Position numbers and translations under genes: made by a program. This document shows, one piece after another, positions 13,806-25,545 of a DNA stretch of 64,000 nucleotides. Source of the DNA: Cycas panzhihuaensis. Lineage: Eukaryota > Plantae > Cycadophyta. Numbering within the stretch: position 1 is the stretch's first letter; every line of letters starts with the position of its first letter. The stretch covers positions 221,533,741-221,597,740 of the forward strand of contig CM041465.1 of NCBI GenBank assembly GCA_023213395.1, in the 5' to 3' direction. The notes beneath the pieces were generated by a model, which worked only from the letters and a program-made list of their open reading frames with translations, ran no database searches and was not told where the DNA came from.

Positions 13806-14469
13806 CTACATTGGGTTGCAGTGAAGTGGATTCTGAAGTATTTGAAGGGGACACTCAATCTTGGTCTCAAATACCATCATGGTGAGGAGATAAAGTTGTA
13901 TGGCTACATTTGATGTTGATTGGGGAGGAGACGCTGATGATTGGAAGTCCACTGCTGGATACATCTTTGGTGTTGGTAATGGATTTGTTTCATGGTAGTC
14001 AAAGAAGCAACAAACAGTGACACCATCTTCTATAGAGGCAAAATATCAAGGACTCAATGTTGGTGTTAAAGAAGTTGTATGGTTGCAAGGTCTCTTACAA
14101 GTTCTTGGAGTGTCAAATGGGCATCTAATTATCTTTGTCAATAATCAAAATACCATTCACTTGTGAAAGAATCTAGAGTTTCATGCTCCTACGAAGCACA
14201 TCGAGATACAACACCACTAGATCCATGAACAAATCAAGTAAGAGAAGCTGCAGGTCGACTATTGTCCAAGTGAATATCAGATTGCGGATGTCTTTACCAA
14301 AGTGCTTACTGAAGATCAATTCACAAAGATGCGTACCAAATTAGGACTCATAGATGTTATCCTTGAGGGGGGATGTATCAACAAGGATAAAGACGCAAGA
14401 TAGTTCTAGCCTTCGTGATAATACAACTGTTGTAGGTTGTAGGTTCTCCACATTCGCATTAAGGGGGGA

Positions 14470-14815
14470 TGTTAACGTGGTAGTTGTTTGTTAAGCCACT
14501 AGTTAATGTTAATGTGGTGATTTAACTTAATTATGATTAACGAAATGGTGCAAGTTATGCGGAGGGTAATAACCCTTATCGGTTGACACCTCTTAGAAGG
14601 ATATAAAATTCTAGAGCCCTTGTATATTCATATTAAACAAGTGGTAATCAATGTGATCAATTGATCTTTGTGGTGGGTTTTTTTCCCAAAAGGGTTTTCC
14701 ACATAAATCCTATGTACTGTACAACTATTTTTTGTGCTTATATTATATGCTTGTTGTGTATGGTAAAAGATTCTGCGAATGTAAACATGTATGAGTTCAT
14801 TCATGTTTCTTAACA
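14470..14815 (+). repeat. 3' LTR of the host Copia
   Basis: PPT AAGGGGGGA at 14461-14469, then TGTTAA...TTAACA inverted termini; TATAAA near 14602. Confidence 0.75.
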
Positions 14816-17800
14816 ATCAAGAACAATTTGCCAGAAGTATCTAGCTTTCCAACACTTAAACACCACAATAATTGTGATGTGAAAAGTGGGTGATTGTAGT
14901 CTCAGAGAACATTACTTGACTATGGGATTGTCAAAGAGGGAAATAGATATCGATCTCTTCTCTATTATCTCTGGAAAATCTCAATCACTTCACACACAAA
15001 TCTTTGGTTGTACAATGAGATGCGTCTCAATTTATATTGAGGGCTTTGTAACTATTGGAACCTAATCAACTAGTTATTCAACTAACTATCTTAGTTTTAT
15101 AAATCAATCAACTAATCCCTAACTATCTAATTAATTGATACCTAACCATCTAGCTATAAATACATTGCTTGTGTACATTACTGTTACATTAAGTAGTCCT
15201 TCATTTAGAAATGGATGAGAATCCAATTTCTCATCATTCCTCCCTGACTAGGGGGAAATTTTCTTCAATTTCACATGTAAGGCCGAAGATGAGAAAAGTT
15301 ATGATCAAACACTGCTTGTGAAATCCATTCAGCCTAAGTAGGAATGCTTCCTTGCTTGGGAACTAGGTAAGTTATAGTCTGCTTGTGGTGAGTGGTGCAT
15401 ATCCTTGTATCCAAAAGAGTATCTACTGGAAGTGGAAGCTAGAAATCTGGTATCATGTCCATTGGATGTTGCACCTCTAGAATGTCTTCCAACATAGATG
15501 GCTTATACTTCTTGAGATTACTAAGGATGAAAACATCGTGCATCCCAAGACATGCTGGTAAATTGAACCAAAAAGCATTGGTGCCAATGGCCTCAGTAAT
15601 TATGCACGGTTCAAACCTTGTAGGTTTGAGTTTGTGGTGAGTTTGGTGCTTAAATCTTTGTTTCTCCAAATGGAGCCAAACCTCATCTCCAACTTGGAAA
15701 TTGTATAGAATTTGATGTCAATCTTGTTCAACTTTATACTTGGCTTGGGATTGTGCAAGTATTTCTTAGATTTTGGCATATTTTTGTTGAAGTTGCTCCA
15801 TAGAGGTTGATGCCCTCTATTGTTCAATCTGTTCATGTCAGGTGACTAGTGTTGGCAGTGCTACAAAGAGTTCATAAAGGGGCTACGGGTTGAAATCCAT
15901 AACAAACTTCAAAATGTGAATGCCCTGCCGAGAAATGCGCATCTCGATTATATCCATGCTAGATCATGCGAAGGAACTAGTCCCACTGTTTAGCAGTATG
16001 ATGATAGATACAAAGTGCATGGATGAGGGTGCAATTCACCACTTTTATATGGCCATCTGTCTGGGAATCAAAAGTTGTGGAATACTATAGTTGGGTTTCC
16101 AAGTAGTTTCCATAATGTTTTCTAAAAGTGGCCAAGGAAACGTGCATCTCGGTCTAAAATGATGGAAAGTGACATCCCATAATGCACCTAAACATGCTCA
16201 AAAAAGAGCGTGATCGTGTATTGTGCATCTATTATCTTAGTACATGGAATGAAAATGGCCATTTTGGAGAATCTACAGACAATAATCAAGATACAGTCAT
16301 GCTCATGTTGAGTGATTGGTAGGCTAGTGATAAAATCCATGGAAATGGATTCCCATGGTTGGGATGATACTGATAATGGCTGATATAGTCCTATCTTCCA
16401 ATTAGGCAACTTAGATTGGCTACATAAGGCACAATGTTGAATGTAGCATTCGATGGGCTTTTGCATCAATGGCCAATAGAAATAATATTGCAGATGCTAT
16501 AAGGTTTTGGAAACCCCAAAATGACTTCCATAGCTAGAAGCATGGGCTTCCTTTAGGGGTTGCTCTGTGTTGCCTCTAGGTACACAAAGTTGACCGAGTT
16601 GATACAACAAACCATCCTGGAGATGATAGTCTAAGAATGGTTGTTGATTTACTTCATTGTGATGTTGAATAGAGGTATACATGTTAGCAAAGTTTATGTC
16701 TATCCATCCAAAATTTTCTGTTTTGTATAAGCCACCCATCTAATGTTGAGTATATTTAACATTGTACAAGTTGGAGGCCTACTGAGGAAAATTGCTATTG
16801 TGTTTGCCTTTCCCTTTTTGTACTTGATGACTAAATGGAATTGTTACAAGTACGATGTCTATCGCATGTGGCATTGCTTTTGGATGTGACTTTGAGTTTG
16901 TAAAAACTATAGAGGTCTATGATTTGTATGAGCAATGGTCTCCTTCCCTAGGAGATAATGTCTCTAGTACTTGATTGCTTGGACAAGGACATAGAACTCG
17001 TCATAAATACTATACTTTCACTTTTTTTGTGAAAATGTATTTGAATGGTAAGCAATGGGATGTTCTCCCTGCTTAAGTACGACCCCCATAGCTATGTGAG
17101 AAGCATTGGTCTCAATCTCAAAAGGCTTTTGTATGCCTGGCAATGCAAGAATTAGGGTCGTGCATACAATGTTCTTCAACCTTTCAAAGGTAGCTGTCTA
17201 AGCAAGTCTCCAATTATAGGTGGTTTTGCCTTTGGTGAGAGCATAGAGTGCATGTGTTATATCGACATAATGAGGTATGAGTTTTCTATGAAAATTTGTG
17301 TACCCTAGGAAACCACGAAGATCGGTGAGATTCCTTGGTGGTGGGCAATCAAAAATCACTTAAAGTTTTGTAGGATCTACATGAATTCCTTCTGCATCAA
17401 TGACATATCCTAGATAAGTTATTAAATCTTGTGCAAAGGAACATTTACTCTTTTGTACTTGTAAATGATTTCCCCATAGAGTACTCAACACTTGTTTCAC
17501 ATGCTGAAGGTGCTCTTGCCATGTTCGACTATAAATTAAGATGTCATCTAGAAAAACGATGATGCATTTTCCCAAGAAAGGACAGAGCACATTGTTCATC
17601 AATCGCATGGAGGTGGATGGTGCATTAGTAAGACCAAGTGGCATTACCAACCACTCTAACAATCCCAAGTGTGTCTTGAATGTAGTCTTCTAGGTGTCAT
17701 TAGGCTGCATCCATACTTAATGGTAGCCTAATGCCAAATCAATCTTCATAAAATATCTGGGTTGTTGCAATTCATTAAAGAGGTTTGCCAATACGAGGTG

Positions 17801-19763
17801 ACAGATAATGGTTCTTAATTGTGATGTAGTTGAGCGCTTTATAGTCAACACAGTCTCCAAGTGCCATCTTTCTTTAGCATGAGTATTACTAGTGATCCAC
17901 AAGGGGAGGAACTTGTCTAGATTATTCCCTCTTCAATAAGTTTTGTAATTTGGCTTTTAAGTTTTGCCCCTTCTAAAATAGAATTTTTATAGAGGGGTCT
18001 ATTTGGCAAAGTGGATCCTAGCAGTAAATTGATGTTGTGTTGAACCGGTTGGAAGGGTGGCAAACCCTTTGGAGGTTCAAAGACATTGGCATACTCATCC
18101 AGAAGTTGTTGTGTATCTAGATGTAAGACTTCAACTTTGGTCTATTAAAGTTTTGACTACTCTAACAAGCAAGACAATGCTCTTTTTTGTAGCATTCGCA
18201 ATTTTTCTAGCTTAGGAATCAATTTTCAAGCTTATTGGAGAAGAAGAAGATTGGAGTTGATAAACAAGATTGTCTTTATGTAGCTTGTAAGTGTTTGTTT
18301 GCCCATAATAATTAACACTCCTATAATACTGATAGGAACTGCCTAAAAGGATTTGATAGCTATCCATAGGAGCCACATCACACATGATTGTGTCAACAAA
18401 TGGCGTCATGGAAAATGTAACATGATGAACTTTGTCCACTTTGGTAGGTATGCCCCCTTCTTTCTTCACCCAACCCAAATGGTAAGGTTATGGGTGGGGT
18501 TTTGTAGGGAGATTCAACTCTTTAACTAACTTATTAGAGACCAATGTTTTCATGCTTCCATTATCAATAATGCAAAGTACCATATGGTCTTTTACTTGGC
18601 AATTTTGAGTAAAAAGAGCTTCCCTCTTTGAGATACTGAAGCCTTTGGTCGTCAAAACCAAGTTGGAGTCGGCCACCATTTGGTTGGTGACTAGTATAAT
18701 CAGTACTTTTGTCATTTCACTGGATGTGCCAGCTTCTTTGGTGATAGGAGTCTTTGCCTTTGTCTTGTACTTCTCCTTCTACGTTTTGCACTCTTCGTTG
18801 GAGTGATTGGCAATTTAATAGAGTGTACAAAATTTTTGTGCTGACCTATCTTTGGTTGTTGTTGTTGTTGTTGTAGACAGTGTATGTTGTTGTTGATATG
18901 GCTTTGATGGAATTGCTTCTTTCTATAGATGATATGGTTGTTTTTGGTGGTGTTGTTGTCAAGATGGTTGCAACTACTGCTACAATTGAGATTGAACTAG
19001 TCTTTTGTGAATTTTACTTTAGACTTTCAAAGCATATTGAAAGGCTTCATCAAATGAAGTAATTTTGAGCAGGCCCACCTCCTATTGCAAAAAGGGGAAG
19101 AGTCCACTCAAAAACTAATGTTTGAGTGTTTTCTCTATGTCTTTGGATTCCATCATTATGATTGTTTTATTGAATATGCCTATATACTATTGGACAGATT
19201 GTCCTAGTTGTTCCACAATTGTAACCATTTCTTTTTCGCTCATCGATGTAACCAACTGGGTAAAATCGAGCTTGAAGAACTTCTTTGAATCTTTCCCATG
19301 TGCTAATGATTGGATGCATCTGTACATATGTTTGCCACCATCATATAAGCGTTTGCTCTAACATGTGTATTTTTTCCATCGCGATCTTTTCTACTATAAT
19401 TAGATTTTGTCACTTAAAATATGTTTTGAGATTTCAAATCCAACTATCCAAGGCTTTGACATTAATTATGTTGTGAAACTTTGTGATAGTTATGTGAGTG
19501 TCTAGCTTAGAGTACGATGGCTGGATGGGAATTGTTGTAGGGATCTATGTCTGTTGTGCTTATTGAGCTTGTAAGAGTTGTTGAGTCTGATGAACCATCA
19601 ATTGCTGAAACAAGGTCATCATGTTCTGCATCATGGGTTCCATCACTTGTGCAAAAGTTGGAGTTGGTTCCTTTGACTACTTGATAGAATGCTTTGTTGA
19701 CTATTGCTTGATTTCTTCTATTGTTTCTTCTTCAAAAGAAACCTGTTTTGCTCCACGAGGCAT
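14816..19763 (-). mobile_element. Degenerate CRM-like Ty3/Gypsy (gag-PR-RT-RH-IN, partial 3' LTR 14816-15236, 5' LTR missing)
   Basis: Protease LFTQNCQVKDHMVLCIIDNGS...LNLPTKPHP (CRM-type); RT EWLVMPLGLTNAP...VFLDDILIYS; IN PWESISMDFITSLP; LTR terminus CATCA at 15236 (TGATG on minus strand) next to PPT 15237-15245. Confidence 0.85.
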
Positions 19764-20394
19764 GTTGCACTCCAAATGCCAAACTTGACACCAAAAATTA
19801 ATTATTCTTATAAAAGGCAAAGTTTCTTGTGGACATAAAAATTTCTAGTTAGGAGATTTTTTTTGTAGTGACCTTGATTAAAATAAGGAGAAATATGATC
19901 TTCCCTACTTAATAGATGACTTTTTAACGCTTTCTTTTGTTAGCTTTTCATCAATTTTCTCTATTGTACTTGCCATTCACAAATATGATTTTATCCCAAA
20001 TTTACACCATGTGATTTTAGTGTTTTAATCTCATTGAAATAATGAAATTTAAATCTCACCCTTATTACTTTGGAAATAGAAAAGATAATATGCTTTTTCT
20101 TCAAAGTGTATTTCAAATGAAATATTTACTTAAATCTTAGAAATTCTTTTTTTTTTTGGTTTTTCTTAGGTGGCAATTGTCGTGGCAACCCTAACAATTT
20201 CATGGGTGGATTTACCAAAGATTTCCCTTGGCAATTAGGGTCCCATAGCAATTGTCATTTAATTTTTTCGTTCATTATCTGGTAGGCAAGATGCCTTGTT
20301 TGCCTCTCTATGTGTTTTCCTCTCTTGTTTTCCTAAAGAAGATTCTAAGGAAGAAAGGAATTTTCCTAGAACCTACTCTATTGTTGAATATGGG

Positions 20395-23250
20395 GATAAA
20401 GAAATTTTGGCACACCAAATTTTATGAATTAAACTCAGATGGAAAATCCATTCAGAGGGAAAAGCTCGAGCTCAAACCCATTAATGTGGGGACAGAGGAC
20501 AACCCCAAGCGTATACAATTAGGTGATTATTGGGAAGTTGCAATGATGCAAGAAGCTACCTCTCTTTTTCAAGAATTTAAGGATGTCTTTGCATGGTCTT
20601 ATAAAGACCTAAAAGGAATCCCCCCAGAGTTAGGAGAACACAGAATTGAGCTAATGGAAAATACAAAACAAGTAAGGCAAAGACCTTACAGAATGAATCC
20701 GCGCTATAAGGAGCAAGTAAAGATAGAATTAGACAAATTATTAGAAGCCGGATATATATTTGAGGTTGAAAACAGTGAATGGGTAAGCCCGGTGGTGGTA
20801 GTACCCAAAAAGAGTGGGAAGTTACGCATATGCATTGATTACAGAGCTTTGAATAAAGCAACGAAGAAAGATCCATTCCCCATACCCTTCACTGAAGATG
20901 TGCTCGAGAAAGTAGCGGGACATGAGATTTTGTCATTCACAGATGGCTTCAGTGGTTATAATCAAGTTCGTATTGCACTTGAGGACCAATTGAAGACAAC
21001 ATTTGTTACGGAATGGGGGACATATGCATATAGGGTCATGCCATTTGGGCTGACAAATGCTCCCGCAACCTTTCAAAGGGTGATCTTAAACATCTTTAGG
21101 AAATTGTTGGGGAAAGCAGTGGAGGTATTTCTAGATGATTGGACTTTGTATAGTACAATAGAAAAACATTTGTCTAAATTAAGGCTAATATTAGAATTGT
21201 GTAGGGAAAGTAGACTATGCTTAAATCCAGACAAATGTACCTTTCTGGTACCATTTGGATCATTGCTGGGACATATTGTTTTGAAGGATGGATTGAAGAC
21301 TGACCCGGGAAAGGTGGAGGTAATTTTGAGATTCCCTATTCCTCAAACGCCAAAAAACCTTAAAGCTTTCTTAGGAATGACCGGTTATTACTGGAAATTT
21401 ATAAGAAATTATGCTCGAATAGCCCATCCTCTGGAGACTCTGCTGAAAAAAGCCACTAAGTGGGAATGGACACTACAACAACAACTATCTTTTGATGCTC
21501 TGAAGAAGAAGATAGTTGAAGCTCCTGTGCTTAAATTCCCAGACTGGAACAAACTGTTGCATGTTCATGTAGATGCATCACTGTATGCCATTGGCTGTGT
21601 GTTGGCCCAACCAGAAGATGAAAAAATAGATCTTCCAATTGCTTTTGCAAGTAGAAAGTTGACATCCGCTGAACGTAACTATACAGTTACCGAACGAGAG
21701 GGATTAGGCATGGTATATGCCCTGCAGAGGTTTCGGCATTACTTGTTAGCAAATCCATTTGCATTTTTTGTGGATCATCAAGCTCTTCAATACTTGATTA
21801 ATAAACCAATTTTGCAGGGGAGAATTAGCCGCTGGCTAATGTTGTTTCAGGAATTCATGTTCAAAATTGTGGTAAAAAAGGGGGAGAAACACATCCATAC
21901 CAGATCAATTGTCGCGAATAAAGGACAATGGGAAAGGTAAGGGAGTATTTGATGATTTTCCAGATCACAAATTATTCTCAGTTGAGGTCGTGCCAGCATG
22001 GTATGAGGGAATCGCGGAATATTTAACAACAGGACAAACACCTCAAGGATTGGAAAAGGTTGAAAGAAAAATTTTTATAAAGAAAACTTTTCCATTCCAA
22101 CTAATAGGTGGTATGTTGTATAAATTAGGACCTGATGGAATTCTGCGAAGGTGTATACTTCAACATCAAGTAGAACCACTGCTGAAAGAAGCCCATGAAG
22201 GGATAGCTGCAACACATCACGGAGGAGAAGTCACAGCCAGAAAAGTATTGACAGCAGGATTATGGTGGCCTACATTGTTCGAAGATGCGGAAAAGTGGGC
22301 AAAAACCTGTGATATTTGTCAAAGAGCAGGTAAGCCATCAAAACAGAATTTTATGCTGCTTCATCCAATATTGGCCCAAGCTCCATTTGAAAAATGGGGA
22401 TTGGATTTTGTTGGACCAATCAGTCCACCAACAAGAAAAACAAATGCAAGGTACATATTGGTAGCCACAGACTTTTTAACCAAATGGACTGAGGCGAAAC
22501 TAATGAAAAGGTGTGATGCAAGAAGCACAGCTTGCTTCTTGTATGAAGTTATTATTATAAGGTTTGGTTGTCCTTTGGAAATTGTGTCTGATCAAGGAGC
22601 TGCTTTCCTGAATCAAACAATCAAATGTTTGACTACAGAATTTTTCATTCAACATCGAAGATCTTCACCTTATTACCCTAGAGCGAATGGGCAAGTGGAA
22701 AGTACAAACAAAATTCTGAAGATCGCCTTGATGAAAATTTGCAATGGACAACGAACCGATTGGGCAAAAAAATTGCATTCAGTCCTTTGGGCAAATAGAA
22801 CGGTAAAGAAGCGATCACATAAACAAATACCATTCCAGTTGGTGTATGGGTTGGAAGCTGTAGTTCCTCTCGAATTTCAAGCAGAAAGTCTGAGAGTGGC
22901 ACAATACCTCAGGACAAATTCCGAGATTTCCCTCGACTAGCGGCTGATCCAGTTAATGAAGCTGGACGAAACCCGAGCACGAGCACTATGGGAATTGAGA
23001 ATAGAAAAGAAAAGACGGAAAGCATGGCATGATCGCCCCATCAAAAAGCCTAAATTTAAGGTAAATGATTTGGTATTATTGTATGATAGTAAATTTAAAT
23101 TTAAACCGGGAAAAATGAAAATTAGATGGTTAGGACCATATAGGATTCAATTTATTTATGAAATGGGAGCAAATCGGATTGCGTTAGTTGATTGAACAGC
23201 CATTGACTAAATTAGTCAATGGCAATAGACTGAAATTATATAGAATGTAA
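20395..23250 (+). pseudogene. Gypsy pol (RT, RNase H, integrase), nearly intact
   Basis: ORFs 20252-21940, 21909-22940 and 22956-23195 are joined by a frameshift near 21893 and a TAG at 22938; a second frameshift lies near 23190. Confidence 0.92.
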
Positions 23251-23794
23251 AAAAAAAAAAAATGGGGGGGGGGGGTTGTAAAATCACTTTCATCAAGGGA
23301 CAGTACGAAGGCAGTACAAGAAAACAGGATGTGTCCAACAGTGGACAACAGAGTTATGACCAGCAGTAATGACAGTAGTGACGGAAAGAGATTGACAGTA
23401 GACTAACGACGGGAAGTGATGGTACGACAACTAACGGCGGGAATTGACGGCAAACCGATTAACGGCAATCACATCGACGGGAAAGTGATCAATGACGGGA
23501 CTTGACCAACGACGGACGGCGGGACGATGAATTTGAAAAAGGCGTCGATTGACGGATGATGCGACCGCTCGTAAATACCGTCATCATAACATGAGTGCGG
23601 AAGATCACAACCATGATGATACTACGGTATGATCTTGTCAAATCGAAACGACAAGATAATAAAGCCTATAACGACCACGAATCGGTATGATACCGACGTC
23701 GTTTTTTTTTCATCCGCGGAATTGGGAGGTTGGTTTACTGCCAGTTCATCGCAGGTACCACAAATACAACGATAGCAGCCAAAAGATTGAAAGG

Positions 23795-25483
23795 ATGGCA
23801 AGTACAGTGGAAGAAATGGCGCTAGCAATCTTAATCTAGGAGAATGATGATGGCCGAATTCGAGAAGAATGGATAATGATCCCAGAAAACGACAGGAGAC
23901 GCCAGCTAGTCTGTCAAATGGAGTTGCAAAAATTTGTGATGGTAGGAATATTTGGAAATGCGGAGAAGTTTATGCAAAGAATACTTCCATTGCTGGTGAA
24001 GTACCCGCAAATGGTACAGATCACAGAGGAAATGTTAATGGCAGCCACTGGTCTGCCAAATAAGGGGTCAGAAATCCGTCGAGATACCTTGTTATCTCGC
24101 GAAGAAGTAGCAAGGATAATGGGAGTAGCAAGCAGGGATGCGACGTCAGCAGGAATCAGGATAGCAGGGATAGAAGACTCGAATAAGCGCTTCCTCGCCC
24201 AGTTCATTTTCTCAAAAATTATACTTACGCAGAAGAGTGCGTTTGCCCCGAGCAACCTGCGAACCATGTTAAATGAGGTGGCCCAGGGAAAAGTATTCAA
24301 CTGGGCAAGATTTGTAAAGCAGAAACTCTTAGACGCTTTACAGGCCATTAGAAGATCTAGTAGACCTGTTCCCTTCTATTATGTTACAATTTTGCAAGGT
24401 ATTCTTTTATTTCAGTGTCCTAATATTAGTATGCCCAAAGGGACGGAGCAGCAGTCTCCCTTGGCCAGATGGACAAATGAGAAGATAGGAAGATGGGAAA
24501 AGGAACAAGAACAAGTACAAGCTTGGATAGAAAAGCTATACCAAGCGAACGAAGTGGCGCCAGGAGTTCCACAGCCGGTAGCGCAGAAGGGGAAAGAGAA
24601 GGTCAACTGGGAACCGGGAGCAAGTTCCAGAATTGAAGAGACGCCTACAGTAGCAGAGGTAGCAAGCGAAGAAAGAGTTCAGAAAACGCCTGAGGTGGCG
24701 GAAGAGAGGAGAGAAGAAAGCAGGCTAGAAACAGACAGGTAGAAACAGAAGTCCGTAGCACAAGAGGAACAGAAAGCCGTAGCACAAGAGAAACAGAAAT
24801 CCGTAGTGCAAGAAAAACGGAAACGAGAAATAATAGAGATTTTGGACAACCAGCCACCGGAAGTGGAATTTAATACGAGTAAGGAGGTACTGGAAGAAGG
24901 ATTAGATCCGATGGAATGCGACGCACAGGATGTCGCAACTTGGAGAACGTCGTTTCTGGCAAAAGTAACCAAACAGTTGGTTACAGAACTGGAAAGTAGG
25001 GCCAAACCGCCAGATGAATCTTTGAAAAAGATTCATCAGATTACAGAAAAGAAGCTGGAATCCTTGAAAGCATTTATAATGGAGTGGGTGGACGATATTA
25101 ATGAAATCGGACCACAAGCGGCGAAATTTCGAAGAAGATTCAACAAACACATCCCAGTGGACATGCAACCGGTTTATCATCGGCTGGGAGCATGGATTAT
25201 AAAATCGGATGAAGAGTCGGAGCGATGTAAGAATCTTTGGAAAGAACGCAAGGCTTACAGGGTGCATTTTGAGTTAACAGAGAGAGTCAATATGGAACTC
25301 AACCAGGAAATTGACTAGTTACAATCAGGAGAAAAACCAACACTGGCTTTGCTGGATACAATGCAGGATGTCGCGATGTTATGTAAATATTTGAAACAGA
25401 AAGGACTGAAGGTACCTCCTCATATCGCTGAACCGGAGATGGAATATATATGCCACGAGAGAATAAAGATAAAGGAGAACTAG
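23795..25483 (+). pseudogene. Extra (env-position) ORF of the Gypsy element, 562 codons with three in-frame TAG stops; plant-mobile-domain-like N-half, acidic linker, helical C-terminus
   Basis: ATG at 23795; ORFs 23876-24742 and 24806-25318 share this frame; stops at 23837, 24740 and 25316 only, then a terminal TAG at 25481; motifs ITEEMLMAATGLPNKG and GKVFNWARFVKQKLLDAL. Confidence 0.75.
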
Positions 25484-25545
25484 AGAAGAAGTTAAATTTT
25501 TTGTGAACGAGTATGTTACTCGTTCAAAAGAGGCGGCTGGGAAGA

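Larger units (their letters stand above)
1..14815 (+). mobile_element. Old Ty1/Copia host element (5' part outside window), interrupted by three nested insertions; host segments 1-183, 5390-5504, 6575-8602, 13806-14815
   Basis: Pol reads across the insertions: pre-integrase SKLWH|DCLGHLNY...CEGCM|YGKHH, integrase (MFWAEAVVT, 6973-7266), RT (VLYVDDLLI near 8210), PQEL|HWVAVKWILKYLKG, RNase H (TKHIEIQHH, QIADVFTK), then PPT and 3' LTR. Many stops. Confidence 0.9.

Noticed and set aside
20252-20394. N-terminal extension of the 562-aa pol ORF
   Set aside because: TTG start in flanking non-pol sequence; open by chance.
23914-25267. Antisense ORFs over the extra ORF
   Set aside because: Short shadow frames of the sense coding sequence; no independent support.
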